Of a stretch of 32,000 nucleotides of DNA, positions 9,432-17,292 are shown piece by piece. Source of the stretch: Acholeplasma laidlawii PG-8A (GTDB lineage: Bacteria > Bacillota_I > Bacilli_A > Acholeplasmatales > Acholeplasmataceae); assembly GCF_000018785.1 (NCBI RefSeq), contig NC_010163.1:120001-152000 (forward strand), given 5' to 3'. Every line of letters starts with the position of its first letter. The first letter of the stretch is position 1. The notes beneath the pieces are model-generated. The model was not told where the DNA came from. It did no database searches and worked only from the letters and a program-made list of their open reading frames with translations. The translations under genes and the position numbers were made by a program.

Positions 9432-12075
9432 AGATGTACAAAATGAACTGTTGGCGCTCTTAGATGAGCAAGACAAAGAACCAAAAACTAAAAAGAAATC
9501 AAAAACTCCTCAAACAGTCATTGTCGAAGAACCTTTCGAAATGAAGGGGGATCCTTTAGGCTTGATTGAAAATAAAAAAGTTAAAAGTGCACACACTCCA
9601 ACTAGAATTAAGTCAAAAGGTGATATTGTTATTGAAAGATATAATCCGGATGTAGAACATGGGTTAACTACAGATGACGTTGAAAAAAGACAGCTTGCCG
9701 GGTTAGTGAACCTTTCTGATAAAGGTTCTACTAAAACATTAAGCAGTATCATTTTTTCAAACGTATTCACGTTCTTTAATATGCTTATTTTAGCGATTGT
9801 TATTATTTTACTTATAACAGGTGCTAAATTTACACAAACAGTATCGATTGTTATTGTTGCAATGAATACAACCATTGGTATTATTCAAGAAATTAACGCT
9901 AAAAAGATGATTGATAAATTATCTTTATTATCTGCACCAACAGCGATGGTTATAAGAGATGGCCTAGAACAAGAAATTGGTGTTGCAGATGTAGTGATTG
10001 ATGAAATCTTAAAATTATCTGCAGGTAAACAAATTATTGTGGATGCTGTTGTAAGACAAGGTTCAGTTGAAGTCAATGAATCCTTGCTTACTGGTGAGTC
10101 TGATCCGATTGTTAAAAAAGCAGGGGACACTTTATATAGTGGTTCATTTGTTATTTCAGGTTCTGTTTATGCACAAGCAACAGCAATCGGAAATGATATT
10201 TATATAGAAAAATTAACTTCTCAAGCTAAAAAGTATAAAAAACCTAAATCAGATATCTTCAGATCTTTAAAATTAATTGTTAGAATTATCGGATTTTTAA
10301 TTATCCCAATTGGTGCTGGTTTATACATGCTTGGATTAAATGGTAATTATGATCAAATCATTCAACCGATATTAGTAGAACGTACTGCGGGTGCAATTAT
10401 TGGTTTAATCCCATCAGGACTGTTCTTATTAACATCTGTAGCGCTTGCTGTTGGGGTTGTTAGATTAGGTCAAAATAATACTTTAGTTCAAGAATTATAT
10501 TGTATAGAAATGTTAGCACGCATTGATACATTATGTTTAGATAAAACAGGAACGATTACTGATGGTTCAATGACAGTCAAATCTGTTATTGAATTTGAAA
10601 CAGTTCCAGGGTTAACTTTAAAACAACTAGTCTCTGCCATGCTTAATGCTCAAAATGATTCAAACTTAACATCTGATGCTTTATATGAACGTTTTGGTAA
10701 TCAAAAGCGTATTCGTCATAAAGCGATTATTCCATTTTCATCTGCTAGAAAGTATTCAGCAGTTGAATTTGAAAAATATGGAACGTTTGCACTTGGTGCA
10801 CCAGAGTTTGTATTAAAACAAGATTACAATAAAATTGCTAGTGAAGTTGAAAAACAAGCCAATGAAGGTTACCGTGTATTAGCAGTTGTTCATACAGATG
10901 ATCCAATTGAAGGTAAAGAAGTAACGGGTAAATTAAAACCGATTGCTTTAATTATGATTGAAGATACGATCCGTGCAGATGCACCGGATACCATTCAATA
11001 TTTTAAAGACAATGGTGTGAATGTCGTTGTAATTTCTGGGGATAACCCACTTACAGTATCTCGTATTAGCCAAAGAGCTGGTATTAAAAATGCTGAAAGT
11101 TATGTGTCACTAGAAAACATGTCGGATAAAGAAGTTGTTAGAATTGCTAATAAATATACTGTCTTTGGACGTGTAAGTCCTCATCAAAAGAAACTATTGG
11201 TAGAAGCAATGAAAAACAATGGTCACGTTGTTGCGATGACTGGTGATGGTGTAAATGATATTCTTGCTTTAAGAGAAGCAGATACATCCATTGCGATGGC
11301 ATCTGGTTCTGAGGCAGCAAGAAACGTGAGCCACTTGGTCTTAATGGATTCTAACTTTGCAAACATGCCTAAGGTTGTTAGCGAAGGTCGACGTGTTATT
11401 AATAATATTCAAAAGGTGTCTAAACTTTATTTAACTAAGACATTCTTTACATTGTTCTTAAGCTTACTTATTATTATTAGAGGTTTAATGGGGTATGAAG
11501 CACTATATCCTTTAAAACCAAGTCATTTATTGATTATGGAAATATTAGTCATTGGTGTACCATCATTCTTTATTGCGTTAGAATATAACAATAACCGTAT
11601 TGAAGGTAACTTCTTGGCTAAGATCGTTAAAGATGCACTACCTGGAGCTATTGTAGTCTTATTAAATGCACTCATTATCTTTAGTGTTGCACATACATTA
11701 GGTCTTGATGTAGGTATGGGTTCCAATCAACACAGTGGTATTTCAACCCTGATTGGCCTAACTGCAACTGCATTATCATTTATGGTGTTATATAGTGTGT
11801 CTAGACCACTAAATCCAAGACGTAGTATCTTATTCTTTACGATGCTATCCTTAGCAGTGTTTGGTGTGTTCTTACTACCAGAACTACTAGAGATTCAACC
11901 AATTATTACGATTAATAATGTCACACATTCTACACCGATGACATTACCTCAAAATTTATTACTTATTGTATTAATTTATACAAGTTATCCACTAATGTAT
12001 ATACTAACCAATTTAGGCAAATGGCTAAAGACAGCTGTTAGACGCATTATACATGTCATTTCGGAAATGAAGTAA
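9424..12075 (+). CDS. cation-transporting P-type ATPase (HAD-IC family, Ca/Mg-type)
   Basis: LTGESDP, DKTGTIT phosphorylation site and TGDGVNDILAL hinge; multiple TM helices. ATG 9424 is preceded by AGGGTGG (the ORF track begins at GTG 9415). Overlaps the mrnC end. Confidence 0.9.
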   Translation: MAKDVQNELLALLDEQDKEPKTKKKSKTPQTVIVEEPFEMKGDPLGLIENKKVKSAHTPTRIKSKGDIVIERYNPDVEHGLTTDDVEKRQLAGLVNLSDKGSTKTLSSIIFSNVFTFFNMLILAIVIILLITGAKFTQTVSIVIVAMNTTIGIIQEINAKKMIDKLSLLSAPTAMVIRDGLEQEIGVADVVIDEILKLSAGKQIIVDAVVRQGSVEVNESLLTGESDPIVKKAGDTLYSGSFVISGSVYAQATAIGNDIYIEKLTSQAKKYKKPKSDIFRSLKLIVRIIGFLIIPIGAGLYMLGLNGNYDQIIQPILVERTAGAIIGLIPSGLFLLTSVALAVGVVRLGQNNTLVQELYCIEMLARIDTLCLDKTGTITDGSMTVKSVIEFETVPGLTLKQLVSAMLNAQNDSNLTSDALYERFGNQKRIRHKAIIPFSSARKYSAVEFEKYGTFALGAPEFVLKQDYNKIASEVEKQANEGYRVLAVVHTDDPIEGKEVTGKLKPIALIMIEDTIRADAPDTIQYFKDNGVNVVVISGDNPLTVSRISQRAGIKNAESYVSLENMSDKEVVRIANKYTVFGRVSPHQKKLLVEAMKNNGHVVAMTGDGVNDILALREADTSIAMASGSEAARNVSHLVLMDSNFANMPKVVSEGRRVINNIQKVSKLYLTKTFFTLFLSLLIIIRGLMGYEALYPLKPSHLLIMEILVIGVPSFFIALEYNNNRIEGNFLAKIVKDALPGAIVVLLNALIIFSVAHTLGLDVGMGSNQHSGISTLIGLTATALSFMVLYSVSRPLNPRRSILFFTMLSLAVFGVFLLPELLEIQPIITINNVTHSTPMTLPQNLLLIVLIYTSYPLMYILTNLGKWLKTAVRRIIHVISEMK

Positions 12076-12098
12076 AGGTGCATTAGATGCACCTTTTT
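12075..12098 (+). terminator. rho-independent terminator after the ATPase gene
   Basis: AAGGTGCAT / ATGCACCTT stem, 3-nt loop, TTT tail. Confidence 0.85.
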
Positions 12099-12120
12099 CT
12101 TAAAAGTAAGGAGAAAAAAT

Positions 12121-12813
12121 ATGATTATTTACGGAAAGAACGTTATTAAAGAAGCAGTTTTGAATAAAAGACCAATCTATAAACTTTATTTAGATGAAAA
12201 ATCTAGCGATAGTAAGTTCATTAATTTTTTAGAAAACAATAATATTAGTTATGAACTAACAAATAAGGGACAATTAAATAATTTAACCGACAATGCCGTA
12301 CACAATGGTGTAGTAGCTGATGTTAAAGATTATCAATACCTAGAATTAGATGTTGTATTGGATAAAACACGCAGGCAACGCTTTTTAATGCTAGATGAGG
12401 TTCAAGATCCACATAACCTAGGAGCTATTTTAAGAAGTGTTGAAGCAACCAACTATGACGGTGTGATCATTTCCAAGAAACATCAAGTACCACTTACAGG
12501 TGTGGTTGCAAAAACATCTTCTGGAGCGATAGAACACGTTAAGCTGATCTTAGTATCCAACTTGTACCAAACGATTCTTAAACTGCAAAAAGAAGACTTT
12601 TTGGTTGTTGGTACAGCAGGCGAAGCAACTGCAAGCTATAAAGAGATACCAAAGAATCAAAACTTACTGATTATTATGGGTAATGAAGGCTTTGGGTTAA
12701 GACCTTTGATAAAAAAGGGTTGTGACTTATTAGTATCGATTCCAATGCTTGGTAAAGTAAACAGTTTAAATGTGAGTGTAGCAACCGCGCTACTCTTATA
12801 TGAAACAATTTAG
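12121..12813 (+). CDS. rlmB: TrmH/SpoU-family 23S rRNA 2'-O-methyltransferase
   Basis: LDEVQDPHNLGAILRS, IMGNEGFGLR and IPMLGKVNSLNVSVA SpoU motifs. AAGGAG SD. Canonical position before sigH. Confidence 0.88.
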   Translation: MIIYGKNVIKEAVLNKRPIYKLYLDEKSSDSKFINFLENNNISYELTNKGQLNNLTDNAVHNGVVADVKDYQYLELDVVLDKTRRQRFLMLDEVQDPHNLGAILRSVEATNYDGVIISKKHQVPLTGVVAKTSSGAIEHVKLILVSNLYQTILKLQKEDFLVVGTAGEATASYKEIPKNQNLLIIMGNEGFGLRPLIKKGCDLLVSIPMLGKVNSLNVSVATALLLYETI

Positions 12814-12822
12814 GTAAGTGCT

Positions 12823-13320
12823 ATGTATAAGAATGATTATGAACTCATCTACTTATATCGAACGACAAAATCCGAAGAAGTGATTTCCATAATCTTTCAA
12901 AAATACAAACCACTTATTTTGAAAAACATCTATAAATTTTATATACCAAGTAAAGATCATGATGATTTTTTTCAAGAATCATTAATGACCTTATTGGATT
13001 GTATCCACACCTTTGATGAATCAAAAAACAAAACTTTTACAAAGTATTTTGAACTTGTCTTATACCGTAAGTTTATTACCTTAAAAGACAAGTCTTCAAA
13101 ATATGTTTTAATTGAAAAACCAGAGCTCATCAAAGAAAGTTACACGCCAAATTATGAAGTGACTAATATAGATAATCTTTATTTATCACCACTAGAAAAA
13201 CACATATATACAATGTACTTTGAAGATAAACTTACGATTGATACGATTGCCTTAAACTTAAATAAAACTCAAAAAAGTATAAAAAATGCGGTTTACCGTA
13301 TAAAAGTCAAACTAAAGTAG
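12823..13320 (+). CDS. short sigma-70 family factor in the sigH position
   Basis: 165 aa. Region-2-like DHDDFFQESLMTLLDCIHTFDESKNKTFTKYF and a C-terminal HTH LTIDTIALNLNKTQKSIKNAVYRIKVKL. Synteny matches Bacillus sigH. Confidence 0.7.
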   Translation: MYKNDYELIYLYRTTKSEEVISIIFQKYKPLILKNIYKFYIPSKDHDDFFQESLMTLLDCIHTFDESKNKTFTKYFELVLYRKFITLKDKSSKYVLIEKPELIKESYTPNYEVTNIDNLYLSPLEKHIYTMYFEDKLTIDTIALNLNKTQKSIKNAVYRIKVKLK

Positions 13321-13367
13321 TTAATAGTTGTTATAATAGAGTTGAAATAAGCTTTTAGGGGGACTAA

Positions 13368-13895
13368 ATGAATAATCAAAGAAAACTCAAATACGGTACA
13401 ATTGTATTTGTACTAAGTATTATCAATGTTGTATTACTCGCTATTATTGGTATTGGTTTTATATTTTTAAATGGATTTATTCAAATGATTCTTAATGTAG
13501 AGTTTGAATCTACATCAGATATTTTAAATATAGTATTTAATATGTTGGGACTTATAGTTGCATTAATGGCTGTATTTGTTTTGTTTGCAGGTTATAAGGC
13601 ACAATACAGTAAGGGCTGGAATATAGCGATTGTAGTTGTATGCGGATTTATCTTATTAAGTTATAGTATTTCAAGTTTTGATTTATTTACAATAGCACTC
13701 TATGGATCTTTGTTAGTATTTGCTATATTAAATATAGTTGATGCAAATAACCAAGAAAGTTCCACTTATAAAGCAAAATCTGCAACAGATTTAGAGTCGA
13801 AATTAAAAGCGTTAAATGATCTATTTGATAAAGGATTAATTAGTCATGAAGAGTATCAAGCATCTAGACAGGAAGCAATCCGCAAAATTGATTAA
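13368..13895 (+). CDS. membrane protein with C-terminal SHOCT-like domain
   Basis: Four predicted TM segments, then LKALNDLFDKGLISHEEYQASRQEAI. GGGGGA SD. Confidence 0.65.
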   Translation: MNNQRKLKYGTIVFVLSIINVVLLAIIGIGFIFLNGFIQMILNVEFESTSDILNIVFNMLGLIVALMAVFVLFAGYKAQYSKGWNIAIVVVCGFILLSYSISSFDLFTIALYGSLLVFAILNIVDANNQESSTYKAKSATDLESKLKALNDLFDKGLISHEEYQASRQEAIRKID

Positions 13896-13984
13896 GTTAA
13901 AATTCTAAAATGAATTAAATAAACTATGTAAAACTATAATTTTATAATATTATTGTTTATATAATGTGATATAATAGTTTAGCA

Positions 13985-14014
13985 TTGACTTAAGTGAGTT
14001 ACTTGTTGTAAAAT
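13985..14014 (+). promoter_or_regulatory. promoter candidate for rpmG-secE-nusG
   Basis: TTGACT 13985-13990, 18-nt spacer, TAAAAT 14009-14014 preceded by TG. Confidence 0.5.
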
Positions 14015-14054
14015 AATATTACCAACAATTAACCACTACAAAAGGTGGTTTTTT

Positions 14055-14205
14055 AATGAGAGAAAAAATAATATTAGTATGTAGTGAATGTTTAAGTAGA
14101 AACTTCACAACAACTAAAAACAAACAAACATCAAAAGAGAGACTTGAAATGAACAAGTTCTGTCCAAGATGTAACAAACATACACTTCATAAAGAAAGTA
14201 AATAG
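14055..14205 (+). pseudogene. rpmG: 50S ribosomal protein L33 gene with an apparent 1-nt insertion in an A run
   Basis: ATG 14055 gives [15 protein letters not shown], then stops at 14115-14117. The +1 frame from 14101 gives [34 protein letters not shown] (stop 14203-14205). Joined, they form a canonical 49-aa L33 (CxxC...RN[FY]TT.KNK...CxxC). The break is at AAAA 14099-14102. Confidence 0.75.
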
Positions 14206-14217
14206 GAGTTGATTTTT

Positions 14218-14637
14218 ATGGCAATCAAGAAAAAAGAACAACAACCACAAAACAAACTACTTGAAATACTATCCACAGAATATAAAGGTGAATCTTTAAT
14301 TCTTGGTATATTAGCAACCATTACAGCAGGTTTAGCTATCATGATTATTGGTAACGTTCAAGGATTTCATATCCCTGAGAGTTTCCCGGTATTAGGTGGT
14401 TCACCAAATGACATGATCTTTGCGTGGACAGTACTTGTTATTGCATTACTTGGTCTAGCACTTGTTATTTATCCATTTTTCTTACCAGCATTCCCGGAAT
14501 TAAGAAAAGTGAGTTGGGCAGGATGGCTAGAGTTCTTAGATAATGCTGCACGTGTTATTATCTTCGTACTTATCGTTACAGGATTTGTATCAGGTGTAGA
14601 TATTATTATCTTAAGATTACTAGAAGGATTAATATAA
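14218..14637 (+). CDS. secE: preprotein translocase subunit SecE
   Basis: Lies between rpmG and nusG. ELRKVSW motif followed by a C-terminal TM helix. AGGAG 14204-14208 sits 9 nt before ATG 14218 (the ORF track starts at TTG 14209). Confidence 0.85.
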   Translation: MAIKKKEQQPQNKLLEILSTEYKGESLILGILATITAGLAIMIIGNVQGFHIPESFPVLGGSPNDMIFAWTVLVIALLGLALVIYPFFLPAFPELRKVSWAGWLEFLDNAARVIIFVLIVTGFVSGVDIIILRLLEGLI

Positions 14638-15185
14638 TGGCAATTAGAACGCCTAAAAGACGTTGGTATGTCATTCAAACTTATTCCGGATATGAAAAAG
14701 CTGTAAAAGAAGACTTAGCCAGACGTGTAGATTCTATGGGTATGCAAGATTATATTTACCAAATTATCGTACCTGAAGAAACATATATTGAAAAGAATAA
14801 AGACGGAAAAGATAAAGAAAAGGTTCGCCAAATTTATCCAGGTTACGTTTTTGTTGAAATGTTAGTTACAGATGATTCATGGTTCGTTGTTAGAAATACG
14901 CCAAGAGTTACAGGTTTCTTAGGTTCATCTGGTGGTGGTACAAAACCAGTTCCACTATTAGAAGAAGAAATTAGACCAATTCTCTTAAAAGCAAACGTTA
15001 TTTCTAAACCTAACTATGAATACTTACTTGGTAAAGAAGTTCAAATCATTTCAGGTGCATTTGAAGGCCAAATTGGTAGAGTATCTTATGTAGATGCTGA
15101 CCAAGAGAAGATGATGGTAGATATCGATGTATTTGGTAGAGCTACTCCAACGGAAATCGACTTTACTCAATTTAAAGAAATCTAA
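14637..15185 (+). CDS. nusG: transcription termination/antitermination factor NusG
   Basis: NGN domain RWYVIQTYSGYEKAVKEDL and KOW motif GKEVQIISGAFEGQIGRV. TAATG overlap with secE. Confidence 0.96.
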   Translation: MAIRTPKRRWYVIQTYSGYEKAVKEDLARRVDSMGMQDYIYQIIVPEETYIEKNKDGKDKEKVRQIYPGYVFVEMLVTDDSWFVVRNTPRVTGFLGSSGGGTKPVPLLEEEIRPILLKANVISKPNYEYLLGKEVQIISGAFEGQIGRVSYVDADQEKMMVDIDVFGRATPTEIDFTQFKEI

Positions 15186-15191
15186 AATATG

Positions 15192-15217
15192 AGACATCCA
15201 TTTGGATGTCTTTTTTT
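15192..15217 (+). terminator. rho-independent terminator after nusG
   Basis: GACATCCA / TGGATGTC stem followed by TTTTTTT. Confidence 0.88.
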
Positions 15218-15264
15218 AGTGTTTATAGACTTATATTTAGATGAAACAAATTTTACAAATATGG

Positions 15265-15311
15265 ATAATCATATGATTATACTTAATTTATACTTAGTTA
15301 TTTGATATAAT
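15265..15311 (+). promoter_or_regulatory. 16-bp perfect palindrome plus extended -10 promoter upstream of the kinase-like gene
   Basis: ATAATCATATGATTAT at 15265-15280. TGaTATAAT at 15303-15311. Confidence 0.45.
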
Positions 15312-15328
15312 CAAAGCGTAGGAAAGAA

Positions 15329-16147
15329 ATGGTGGTAATACATATGAAGAAATACTTAATTGCAGGCCTGGTCATAGAATTTGATTATCGTTATGATCAA
15401 TATTTCAAAAATAACATCGAAAACTATATATATGAAGGTAGTAGAGAAGTCGATCATACAATCACTGTGAAATATGCTCTAGAACTTCAAAAACCAACAT
15501 CTAAGCTTCACAGAATCTTTTCAAAAAGTGTTTCTGGTTTAAAAGCATATATGAACTATGATGAAAACTATAGAAACATTGAAATTTGGATTGATGAAGA
15601 TACATTTACAGATGCTGCGACAGCAGAATACGTTTATACTGGTATGATCTTTTTAGAATTAGCTCAACGCCATGGTCTACTACCACTACACGGTTCAGCA
15701 ATTAACTATAAAGGGGATGTGATCTTATTTGCTGCGCCAAGTGGCACAGGTAAATCAACACATGCCAGAATGTGGAAGCACCTGTTTAAAGATGATGTAT
15801 CATGGGTAAATGATGATAAGCCGTTACTTGATGTTACAAGTGAAGGTATCTTTGTTTATGGTGCACCATTTAGTGGACAGTACTCTTCTAATACTAATGA
15901 TAAAAAACCACTTAAAGCTATTGTATTTTTACAACAAGGTATTACAGATAATGTTCAAAAATTAAATGAAAAAGAAGCATTAAAACACCTAATGACCAAT
16001 ACATTAAGACCAACTGAAGAAGCACTTTGGGATCAAGCTTTAAATCATTTTGAACAAATTATTAAGGAAATTCCAATTTACTTACTGGATGCTAGTTTAT
16101 CTACATCCGCAGTGAAGTCTATTAAAAAGGCGATTTATAATGAATAA
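15329..16147 (+). CDS. HPr kinase/phosphorylase-like P-loop protein (RiPP/lasso-type Ser kinase-like)
   Basis: LHGSAINYKGDVILFAAPSGTGKST matches the HprK core pattern HG..v...G.gvl..G.SG.GKS. 272 aa. Alternative ATG at 15344. The 3' end overlaps the next gene by 8 nt. Confidence 0.6.
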   Translation: MVVIHMKKYLIAGLVIEFDYRYDQYFKNNIENYIYEGSREVDHTITVKYALELQKPTSKLHRIFSKSVSGLKAYMNYDENYRNIEIWIDEDTFTDAATAEYVYTGMIFLELAQRHGLLPLHGSAINYKGDVILFAAPSGTGKSTHARMWKHLFKDDVSWVNDDKPLLDVTSEGIFVYGAPFSGQYSSNTNDKKPLKAIVFLQQGITDNVQKLNEKEALKHLMTNTLRPTEEALWDQALNHFEQIIKEIPIYLLDASLSTSAVKSIKKAIYNE

Positions 16148-17117
16148 ATATTATTCACAACAAAACCAAATCATTAAAAAGACAATGTTACTGTTTGTAA
16201 CATTGTTTTTAACTGTTATAATGGTATCTTGTAAACCTAAACAAGATACTGGGGCTATTGAACTGATTAATCAAGCATATGAGGTCTTAGCACTAGAGTT
16301 TCAAGAAGGGGATACGATAGACAGTGTAACTGGTGACTTTAGATTACCGTTATTTGTTAAAGAATTCCCTGATGTAGCCCTTTTGTGGTCCTCAGGTACT
16401 GAAACTATCATTAAGCCACAAGGACTGTTTGCAGTGATTAATAGACCTCAAGAAGATACTAGTGTTGACCTAACTGCTACCTTAAGTTACAAAAAAGAAG
16501 CAAGAGATAAAATATTTAGCATCAATGTATCAGGCTACACAGACTATGAGTTTACTGGTTACTACGAAAGTTTAAGTGGACTACTCATGGATGAGTTCAC
16601 AGTCGAACTCTCATCTATGATTAAAACAAAGGGTCGTGCCACAGGTACTACTGCACAAGTTAGACAAATTGATAACTATGAAGGTCAAAACTATAATATC
16701 TATACTGGATTTGAAGCATATGGTAATAGAGAACACGTTTGGCCACAGTCTCACTTAGGTGTTATAAAAGATGATCTGCACAATCTACGTGCTGCAAATT
16801 CACAAGTAAATTCTACCAGAGGTAATAAGTTCTTTGTAGATAATCCATTGGGTGGGTCTTGGAAAGTTATTGGTAACGGATTTTATCCGGGTGAAGATCA
16901 TATTGGTGATGTAGCTAGGATTATCTTATACATCTATATTAGGTATGAGCTTAATATTCAACTGGTTGGACAACTTGATTTATTCTTGATGTGGCATGAG
17001 ATGGACCCAGTAAGTCCATTTGAAATATCTAGAAATAATAAGATCTATGCAATACAAAACAATAGAAACCCATTTATTGATTATCCAGATCTTGTAGATA
17101 TCATGTTTAATAATTGA
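16140..17117 (+). CDS. lipoprotein with Ig-like module and C-terminal Endonuclease I (Bsn/EndA-like) nuclease domain
   Basis: Lipobox IMVSC. C-terminal motifs NREHVWPQS, DLHNLRAANSQVNSTRGN, GDVARIILYI and WHEMDPVSPFEISRNNKIYAIQNNRNPFIDYP. Confidence 0.85.
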   Translation: MNKYYSQQNQIIKKTMLLFVTLFLTVIMVSCKPKQDTGAIELINQAYEVLALEFQEGDTIDSVTGDFRLPLFVKEFPDVALLWSSGTETIIKPQGLFAVINRPQEDTSVDLTATLSYKKEARDKIFSINVSGYTDYEFTGYYESLSGLLMDEFTVELSSMIKTKGRATGTTAQVRQIDNYEGQNYNIYTGFEAYGNREHVWPQSHLGVIKDDLHNLRAANSQVNSTRGNKFFVDNPLGGSWKVIGNGFYPGEDHIGDVARIILYIYIRYELNIQLVGQLDLFLMWHEMDPVSPFEISRNNKIYAIQNNRNPFIDYPDLVDIMFNN

Positions 17118-17148
17118 AAAATATGACCGTTTATAGGTCATATTTTTA
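17117..17148 (+). terminator. rho-independent terminator
   Basis: AAAATATGACC / GGTCATATTTT stem, 7-nt loop, T tail. Confidence 0.85.
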
Positions 17149-17292
17149 TATATATGTAACCGTTATTATAAAATTAGTATAAAGATGCATATATTACTTG
17201 TAATTTGAGTTTAAATTATGTATATTGATATGTTACGCGAAAATTAAAGGAGAACATTCACACTATGAAAAACTTGTAACAATATTACAATC

